64,000 nt of DNA from an uncultured Gemmatimonadales bacterium (lineage in GTDB: Bacteria > Gemmatimonadota > Gemmatimonadetes > Gemmatimonadales > GWC2-71-9), in the NCBI GenBank assembly GCA_963739455.1, contig CAVUAK010000001.1, forward strand, positions 231,300-295,299. Direction: 5' to 3'. The translations under genes and the position numbers were made by a program. This document shows positions 45,942 through 53,318 of the stretch, piece after piece. The notes beneath the pieces are model-generated. The model did not search any database. It was given only the letters and a program-made list of their open reading frames with translations, and was not told the origin of the DNA. The stretch's first letter is position 1. Every line of letters begins with the position of its first letter.

Positions 45942-46776
45942 GTGATCGATATCGCCCAGTTCCATCCCCAGTTCGTCCACTTCGTCGTCGCACTCGGCGT
46001 TGCCGGCGTCATTTTTCGCCTCATCTCCCTCACCGGCAAGGCGACGTGGACCAATCCCGCCGCCACCACCCTCCTCCTTGTCGCCGCGCTGTTCAGCATG
46101 GCCGCGGTCAAGTCAGGCGCCGAGGCCCACGGACCCGCCGAGCGCGTCCCTGGCGCTCGTGACGCCGTTGAGGAGCACGAGGAACTCGGCGAGCGCACCC
46201 GCAATCTCTTCCTTCTCGTCGCCGCACTCGAGCTCGCCGCGATCGCCTTCAAGCAGCGCCACAACTGGCAGCGCGGATTTCGCGTCGCTTCCGGCATCGG
46301 TGGCATTGCCGCCGCCTTCACGCTCTACCAGGCCGGCGAGGCGGGCGGCAAGCTCGTCTATTCGTATGCCGGTGGTGTTGGTCTTCGGAGCGGCGACCCC
46401 GCCGACGTCCAGCGCCTCCTCGTGGCCGGCCTCTATCATCAGGCCCGCGCCGCTCGCGCCGCTGGCAAGCACGCCGAGGCCGCGCGCCTCATCGACGAGC
46501 TCGCCCTCCAGCGCCCCGACGATCCGTCGATTGTTTATCTGTCGGTCGAATCCATGATCCGCGATCGCCAGGATGCCGCGGGAGCACTCGTCGTCCTCGC
46601 CGCCCAGGCTCCAGCCGGCCGACAACACCCGCCTCAACATCCAGAAGGGCCTGCTCACCAGCGAGGCCTTCGACTCGCTTGGCCAGCCCGACTCCGCCCG
46701 CGCCACGCTCCAGGCGCTCGCGACCCAGTTCCCCAAGAACCGCTTCATCGCCGAGGCCGTCGCGAAGCACCAATAG
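45942..46776 (+). pseudogene. DUF2231-like membrane protein with a TPR-like C-terminus, one +1 frameshift
   Basis: GTG 45942. FHPQFVHFVVALGVAGVIF and 3-4 TM helices. At ~46616-46620 the frame passes to that of 46573..46776 (..AAQAPA / DNTRLNIQKGLL..AVAKHQ*). Confidence 0.45.
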
Positions 46777-46797
46777 GGGGCCTAGATTCCATCCTCT

Positions 46798-49479
46798 GTG
46801 ACAGCCCCCATTGTCAGGCTCCGAGATGCACTTAGCGACCGCTACCAGCTCGAATCCGAGCTCGGAGCGGGCGGAATGGCCACCGTATATCTCGCACAGG
46901 ACCTGAAGCACGGTCGGCAGGTCGCCATCAAGGTCCTTCACCCAGAGCTCGCGGCCGTCATCGGCGCCGATCGCTTCCTCGCCGAGATCAAGGTCACCGC
47001 CAGCCTCCAGCACCCCCACATCCTGCCGCTCTTCGACAGTGGTGCCATCTCCGCAGATGGACGGCTGTCGACTGACGGCTCACTGACGACTCACGACTCA
47101 CGACTGCTGTTCTACGTCATGCCCTATGTCCAGGGCGAGTCGCTCCGCGGCCGGCTCAACCACGATCGCCAGCTTCCCGTTCCCGACGCTGTCCGGATCG
47201 CGACTGAAGTCGCCAGTGCACTCGACTACGCCCATCGCCGCGGCGTCATCCATCGCGACATCAAGCCCGAGAATATCCTCCTGCACGACGGCACCGCGCT
47301 GGTGGCCGACTTCGGCATCGCGCTCGCCCTCACCGCGGCGGGCGGCGGACGCCTGACGCAGACTGGCCTCTCGCTCGGCACGCCAGCCTACATGAGTCCC
47401 GAGCAGGCCATGGGCGAGCGCGACATTGGCGCACGCAGCGATGTCTACGCCCTTGGCGCCATCACCTACGAGATGCTCACCGGCGAGCCCCCCTTCACCG
47501 GGCCCACGGCACAGGCCATCGTGGCCCGCACACTGACGGAAGCTCCGCGCCCCATCTCGCCGCAGCGCAAGAGCGTGCCGCCGTCGGTCGAGAACGCCGT
47601 GCTCACCGCGCTCGAGAAGCTCCCCGCCGATCGCTACGCGACCGCGAAGGAGTTCAGCGACGCCCTCGCCGACGAGAAGGCAAGACCGCGCTCCGGCAAG
47701 GGGAGCACGGTGCAGATGCGGCAGCACACCTGCCGCTCCTGCCGCCCGGTGGGGGTGGGTGGTGGGCGGTGCCGCCGCCGTTGCCGGTGCGATTGCTCTC
47801 GGCATGGCCCTGGGTCGGAGCACCGGCAACGCTGCCGCCTCCACCGCGGGCCCCGTCCGCTTCAGCCTGCCCGAGCTCAACAACGTCGGGTACTTCTCCG
47901 TCGCACCCGACGGTCGCCAGATCCTCGGCGTCTCGCCCGACTCGAGCGGAGTGCTTCACGGCTGGATCCGGAAGCTCGACGATCTCCAGCCGTCCGGCCC
48001 TCTCTGGCACCGCAGGCGCGGAGCGCGTCTGGCTTTCGCCTGACGGCAAGCAGGTGGTCATGCGCGTCGGCGGAGCGCTCAAGCTCCTGCCGCTGTCTGG
48101 AGGGACAGCCCGCGAACTCGACCCAGGTGCGCGGCTATGTCACCGCCGAGTGGGGACCGCAGGACAGCATCGCGGTGGTGAGTGGAGCCGACCTCCTGCT
48201 CGTGCCGGCGCTGGGCGGGCAGCCGCGGGTCATCGCCACGGTTGATAGCGCGGCAGGAGATATCTCCTTTTACATCCCGCGTTTCCTGCCCGGTGGCCGC
48301 CAGCTCCTGGTTGGCCTACGTCACGCGCTCGACTCCATCGCGCTCTACCAGATGGACATCGCGACCGGCAAGCGCGACCATGTGCTGCCAAACGTCCAGG
48401 AGGCGCGCTTCTACGAACCGGGCCGTCTCCTGTGGCTCGACGCCGATGGGACTGTTCGCTACGCGACGTATGACCCGGGCACGAGGAAGGTTGGCGCCAG
48501 CCAGGTCGGCGTGGCCGAGGGCATGGATGACTTCTACGCCAATGGCGATCTCGTGGTGCTCCGGCCCGGCCTGCCCAACCGCAACCTGCGCTTCTACAAC
48601 GAGCGGCTTGGCACCAGCACCGAGGTCGCGTATCCCGACAGTACGGTCAGCGTTCCGGTGTTCTCGTACGATGGCTCCCGTCTCGCCATGTCGATCACGC
48701 CGAGCACCGAGCTTCGCAGCGTGCAGCGGGCCGATCAGGCGCGGGGCACCGACCTCTGGATCCTCGACCGCGCCACCGGGTTGCGCCGCCGCGTCGCTGA
48801 GCAGGCATTTGGCGCCGCCTGGTCGCCCGACGACCAGCGCATCGCTTTCACGCGCACCAACGTGGGCAGCAGTGACCTCTGGATTGCGCCGTCGGCGGGT
48901 GGCGAACCGGTGCGGATCGGCAACGAGAAGACCCGCAAGTTCGGGCTGACCTTCACGCCAGATGGACAGGCGCTCGTCTATGCCCAGCTGCCGACCAATC
49001 GCATTACGATCCAGCCGCTGGCGGCCAGTGCCCCGGCGACGGCACTGTTCGACGACGACGCCGGTGCGGAGGGCGACGCCACCTTCTCGCCCGACGGGAA
49101 GTGGCTGCTCTACCAGACCTTCGACGGACTGAGTGGGCGCGCGGTGGTGCGGGCCTGGCCCGGTCTCGATCGACGCACCGTCATCATGACGGTGGGAAAC
49201 TGTGGCGCACACTGGGGCGACCACGGCACGCGCATCTATGGCTGCACGCCCGATGGCAAGGTGGCCTGGATCGGGTTCGACCCGGCCACCGGCCGTCCCG
49301 TCGGCTCCCCGCAGCCGGTGCCGCAGGTGACCCAGAGCGAGCCCGACTTCGACGTGAACCCGACCGGCCTCGACATCGCCTGGATCTCTGCCCCACCGCG
49401 CTTCGGCACCGAGCCCGTCGTGCTCGCGCACTGGCTCGCCGACGCCGAGCGTCGCCTTCAGGGACTGGGGAAGAGATGA
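46798..49479 (+). pseudogene. Ser/Thr protein kinase K6 (kinase, TM helix, beta-propeller) with three +1 frameshifts hidden inside an apparently open 893-aa ORF
   Basis: The kinase domain is intact. Between ~47720 and 48120 the annotated frame is Arg/Cys-rich nonsense. The TM helix (VVGGAAAVAGAIALGMAL) and first propeller blades read in frame +1 (47759..48043) and then +2 (47769..48245: LSGTAGAERVWLSPDGKQVV). The sense frame returns to the original at ~48120. Confidence 0.7.
47060..47108. repeat. GACTCAC-family heptamer tract (7 units) inside K6
   Basis: gacggct gtcgact gacggct cactgac gactcac gactcac gactgct encodes DGRLSTDGSLTTHDSRL. Confidence 0.85.
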
Positions 49480-51032
49480 CCGCACCCGCGTCGAGCTGGC
49501 GTGACAATCTCCGCGCCGACCTCCCCGCGTCCCTCGTCGTTTTCCTGGTGGCGCTCCCGCTCTGCCTCGGCGTGGCGCTCGCCTCCGGTGCACCGCTCGT
49601 CGCCGGCCTCATTGCCGGCGTCATCGGCGGCCTCGTCGTCGCACCGCTCAGCGGCTCGAACCTCATGGTCAGCGGCCCCGCCGCCGGCCTCACGGCCGTC
49701 GTCCTCTCCGCCATCGCCAAGCTCGGCGGCTTCGACGTCTTCCTCACGGCACTCGTCCTCGCCGGCGCCATGCAGCTCGGCTTCGGCCTGGCGAAGGCCG
49801 GCTTCATTGCGAAGTACTTCCCCTCGTCCGTCATCAAGGGAATGCTCGCCGCCATCGGCATCACCCTCGTCCTCAAGCAGGTCCCCCACGCCATGGGCTA
49901 CGACGCCGAGGCGATGGGCCTCGAGCAGTTCCAGGCGGTGGGGGACGAGAACACCTTCACCTCCATCCTCCATCTCGCGGGTCGCATCAATCCGACGGCG
50001 GTGGTCCTCTCCGTCGTGTCGCTGCTGATCCTCTTTCTCTGGGACAACCCGCGCTTCAAGGGGCTCAAGCGTGTTCCCGGCGCGCTGGTGGTGGTGCTGC
50101 TCGGCACCATCGGGAACGAGCTCCTCGTCCGCTTCTGGCCCGCGCGCCAGCTTTCGGGTGACGAGCTCGTGCAGGTGCCGGTGGGCGGCATTGCCGCCTA
50201 CGTCGGTGAGGTGACCCTGCCCCGGTGGGACGTGCTGCTGCAGCCGCAGGTGTGGGTCGTGGCCGCGACGATCGCCCTCGTCGCCAGCCTCGAGACGCTC
50301 CTGTCACTCGAGGCCACCGACAAGCTCGATCCGCTCAAGCGGCACTCCTCCGCCGATCGCGAGCTTCGCGCTCAGGGCATCGGCAACTTCCTCGCCGGCA
50401 TGGTGGGTGGCCTGCCGCTCACCGGCGTCATCGTGCGGAGCGCCGCCAACATCGAGTCGGGCGGCCGCACCCGTACCAGCGCCATCGCCCACTCGGTGTG
50501 GCTGCTGATCGCCATGCTGCTCATTCCCGGCGTCCTCAACCGCATGCCGCTCGCGGCACTCGCGGCCATCCTCATTCATGTCGGCTGGAAGCTGGCGCAC
50601 CCGGCCCACCTGCTGAAGGCGTGGCGCATCGGTCGAGACCAGTTCATCCCGTTCACCGTCACCATCGTGGCGATCCTCTTCACCGATCTCCTGGTGGGCG
50701 TCATCATCGGCCTGCTGGTCGGCGCCTTCTTTATCCTGAAGGAACAGGCCGACGCACCTGGGCTCACCGTGCTGAGCCCGCCCGGCGCCGTCCTCACCCG
50801 CTACGCGCTTGGCCAGCAGGCCACGTTCCTTACCAAGGTGCGTATCGAGAAGACCCTCAACGCGCTCCCGGCCGGCTCGCGGGTGGAGATCGATGCCCGC
50901 GATTGCCGCCGCATCGACCCCGACGTGCTGCAGCTGCTCCATGACTTTCGTTACACCGCGGCCGAGCGGAACATTGACTACCGCCTTGTCGCCGTGCCCG
51001 ACCTTGCCGTCATCGGCGCCACCTCACACTGA
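49476..51032 (+). CDS. SulP-family anion transporter with a C-terminal STAS-like domain
   Basis: In frame with ORF 49101..51032. ATG 49476 overlaps the K6 stop (ATGA). DLPASLVVFLVALPLCLGVALASGAPLVAGLIAGVIGG and LMVSGPAAGLTAVV are typical SulP helices. Confidence 0.8.
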   Translation: MTAPASSWRDNLRADLPASLVVFLVALPLCLGVALASGAPLVAGLIAGVIGGLVVAPLSGSNLMVSGPAAGLTAVVLSAIAKLGGFDVFLTALVLAGAMQLGFGLAKAGFIAKYFPSSVIKGMLAAIGITLVLKQVPHAMGYDAEAMGLEQFQAVGDENTFTSILHLAGRINPTAVVLSVVSLLILFLWDNPRFKGLKRVPGALVVVLLGTIGNELLVRFWPARQLSGDELVQVPVGGIAAYVGEVTLPRWDVLLQPQVWVVAATIALVASLETLLSLEATDKLDPLKRHSSADRELRAQGIGNFLAGMVGGLPLTGVIVRSAANIESGGRTRTSAIAHSVWLLIAMLLIPGVLNRMPLAALAAILIHVGWKLAHPAHLLKAWRIGRDQFIPFTVTIVAILFTDLLVGVIIGLLVGAFFILKEQADAPGLTVLSPPGAVLTRYALGQQATFLTKVRIEKTLNALPAGSRVEIDARDCRRIDPDVLQLLHDFRYTAAERNIDYRLVAVPDLAVIGATSH

Positions 51033-51678
51033 TCGGAGCGCCCATGGACGACGCTACCAGCGCCTCTTCGAGAACAACCGCCAGTGGGTTCGCGAGCGCC
51101 TCCAGGCCGACCCCGACTACTTCAAGCGGAACGCCAAGTCGCAGACCCCCGAGTTCCTGTTCATCGGCTGCTCCGACAGCCGCGTGCCGGCAAACGAGAT
51201 CACCGGCACGAACCCGGGCGAGATGTTCGTGCATCGCAACATCGCGAACCAGGTCTTTCCCAACGACATCAACGTCCTGTCGGTGCTCCAGTACGCGGTG
51301 GAAGTGCTCGACGTGAAGCACGTCATCGTCTGCGGGCACTACGAGTGCGGTGGCGTGAAGGCGGCGGCACAGAAGGCGGTGCACTACGGCCTGGTCGACA
51401 ACTGGCTCTCGGAAATCCGCACCATCGAGCGCCTGCACGGCCGCGAGCTCGAGGGCATGAAGGACGAGCATGCCCGCATCAACCGGCTCGGCGAACTCAA
51501 CGTCATCCACCAGGTCTACAACCTCACGCTGACCCCGGTGGTGCGGCAGGCCTGGGAGCGCGGCCAGCGCCCGGTGCTGCACGGATGGATCTACTCGCTG
51601 GAGAACGGCCTGCTCAAGGAACTGGTGCAGGGCGTCGACACCCCCGAAGAGGCCGATCGCCTCCTCCCCATGCTGTAA
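51004..51678 (+). CDS. beta-class carbonic anhydrase (start codon uncertain)
   Basis: FLFIGCSDSRVPANEITG, FVHRNIANQV and VIVCGHYECGGV (Cys-His-Cys zinc ligands). The only in-frame start near the N-terminus is TTG 51004. ATG 51044 is out of frame. Confidence 0.8.
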   Translation: MPSSAPPHTDRSAHGRRYQRLFENNRQWVRERLQADPDYFKRNAKSQTPEFLFIGCSDSRVPANEITGTNPGEMFVHRNIANQVFPNDINVLSVLQYAVEVLDVKHVIVCGHYECGGVKAAAQKAVHYGLVDNWLSEIRTIERLHGRELEGMKDEHARINRLGELNVIHQVYNLTLTPVVRQAWERGQRPVLHGWIYSLENGLLKELVQGVDTPEEADRLLPML

Positions 51679-51701
51679 CCTGTTCCCTGTTCCCTGTTCC
51701 C
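51679..51701. repeat. CCCTGTT-family heptamer repeat, 3 copies
   Basis: cctgttc cctgttc cctgttc cc begins at the base after the carbonic anhydrase TAA (51676-51678). Confidence 0.9.
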
Positions 51702-51806
51702 GCTATTTTCCGGGTCGACACCCCCAATGACCTGAGGTTTAGCGAATGAGCCCGGAGACTCGCCGAGCAGGAAACGCCCACGTCGACAGCGGTCGACTGG
51801 AACGCC

Positions 51807-52837
51807 ATGCTCGCCCCATATCGCCGTCCCGTCATGTGGAAGAGCCTCTTCCAGCTTGTAACGACGGCGGCGCTGCTCGCGGCCTTCTGGTTCGCGATGC
51901 TGTGGAGCCTCGACGTCGGCTACTGGCTCACCCTCCTGCTGGCCGTCCCTGCCGCCTGCATGGTCGTCCGCCTCTTCATGCTCCAGCACGACTGCGGACA
52001 CGGCGCCTTCTTCCGGTCCCAGAAGCTCAACAACGCGCGTCGGCACCGTCCTCGGCGTCTTCACGCTCGTTCCCGTACGACTACTGGCGTAAGACCCACG
52101 CGATTCATCACGCCACCTCGGGCAACCTCGACCTCCGCAGCCTGGGCGACATCGACACGCTCACGGTCAAGGAGTACCTGAGCCGCTCGAAGACGAAGCG
52201 CGTTCTCTATCGCCTCTATCGCCACCCCGCCGTCATGCTGCTCGTCGGCCCGGCGTGGCAGTTCATCCTGAAGCACCGCCTGCCGCTCGATATCCCGCGC
52301 GCCTGGAAGCGCGAGGCCATCAGCGTCCAGGTCACCAACCTCATGCTCGCCGCCCTGCTCGTGGTCATGTGCATGGTGGTCGGCGTGAAGGAATTCTTCA
52401 TGCTCCAGCTGCCGATCACCCTCATCGCGGGCTCGATCGGTGTCTACCTCTTCTACGTGCAGCACCAGTACGAGGACACCTACTGGCGCTACCGCGAGAG
52501 CTGGAACTACTTCGCCGCCGGCCTCGAGGGTGCGTCACATCTCGTCATGCCGAAGCCGCTCCAGTGGCTCACGGCCAACATCGGCTTGCACCACATTCAC
52601 CATGTGTCGAGCCGCATCCCGAACTACAACCTCCAGCGCTGCTACGACTCGCACCCCGAACTCCGGGACGTGACAAAGCTGACGCTCTGGCAGAGCGTGA
52701 AGACCCTCCGGCTGACGCTGTGGGATGAAGACGACCGCAAGCTGGTCGGGTTCCGGGAACTGCGCACCATCCGCCAGCGGCTCGGCTCACCGGTCCTCGC
52801 CACCAAGCCCGAGGTCGTCCCAGCCACTTGGAGGTAG
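51807..52837 (+). pseudogene. membrane fatty-acid desaturase, two +1 frameshifts 37 nt apart
   Basis: His boxes HDCGH, HAIHH and HHIHH. The frame of 51807..52181 passes to that of 51746..52837 via an extra c at 52038 and an extra g at 52075 (..KLNNA / VGTVLGVFTLVP / YDYWRKTH..). Confidence 0.7.
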
Positions 52838-52870
52838 GGAGGGCGGGGGAGGGCGGGGAGGGCGGGGAGG
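52837..52870. repeat. GGGAGGGCG nonamer repeat (inverse orientation of the GCCCTCCCC family), about 3.5 copies
   Basis: gggagggcg ggggagggcg gggagggcg gggagg starts at the last base of the desaturase TAG. Confidence 0.9.
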
Positions 52871-53051
52871 TAACTACAGGGCGGGTCGAATGGGGATGGC
52901 TCCCGAGGCACCGTTGCTCGGCGCGCCGCTATCGAAGACCGAGTGCCCGGACGGTCAAGGCAGCGCCGGCACGTGTGCCGACGGGGCCGCCCCAGAGACC
53001 CGCCGGTAGCGCCAACCTAAAACGTTCAAGCTCAAAATCTTAGCGAAACTC

Positions 53052-53079
53052 AGAACGCGGCCAGCCTTGGCCGCGTTCT
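53052..53079 (+). terminator. perfect 12-bp stem / 4-nt loop hairpin (terminator-like)
   Basis: agaacgcggcca gcct tggccgcgttct is followed by tgctttctg and preceded by an unusually AT-rich 45-nt stretch. The strand assignment is tentative. Confidence 0.45.
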
Positions 53080-53318
53080 TGCTTTCTGCTAGCCCGGATA
53101 TGCCTGTGACCAGCTTGCTGTTGCGGTCTGCAACTCCCGGAGCCCGATGACCTCGTTGCGCCACGAAGACGCCTTCCGCCCTGCCGCTCCAGACCCGCTC
53201 GAACCAGGTCGGGATCGTAACCGCGCTCGCCGCGGTCTACGGCCTCGCCTACCTGGTCTTCGAGCGGGCTGGCGTTGGCAGCCAGGGCCTGCGCGATCTC
53301 CTCGGCAACGTCGCCTTC

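Noticed and set aside
46798-49479. Taking the 893-aa K6 ORF at face value as an intact gene.
   Set aside because: Residues encoded by ~47720-48120 are Arg/Cys-rich nonsense. The TM helix and first propeller blades read cleanly in the two other frames. The ORF stays open only by chance.
49476-51678. SulP-carbonic anhydrase as a single fused gene, as in some actinobacterial homologs.
   Set aside because: A TGA at 51030-51032 terminates SulP. The carbonic anhydrase is in a different frame with its own candidate start.
52870-53146. Possible tmRNA or SRP (4.5S) RNA. Cues were a GGGG 5' end, strings resembling CAAGGCAG and CGUGUGCCG of E. coli 4.5S RNA, and an AU-rich stretch that could be a tag ORF (ANLKRSSSKS*).
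   Set aside because: There is no tRNA-like acceptor/T-arm or CCA-proximal 3' end. The putative tag lacks the hydrophobic ..LAA-type ending in every frame. The SRP domain IV hallmarks (GNRA tetraloop flanked by the AGCA/GGAA loops) are absent. I kept it only as a generic structured-RNA candidate.
36678-53165. Apparent pattern of frameshifts within the first 3-6 codons of four genes. Out-of-frame ATGs lie at 36678 (K4), 51044 (carbonic anhydrase), 51746 (desaturase) and 53147 (GGDEF-EAL), just upstream of the real frames.
   Set aside because: Each case has a simpler in-frame explanation: CTG 36674 homologous to K1's TTG start, TTG 51004, ATG 51807, and CTG 53181 or ATG 53319. The out-of-frame ATGs are probably coincidental, so no start-proximal recoding is claimed.
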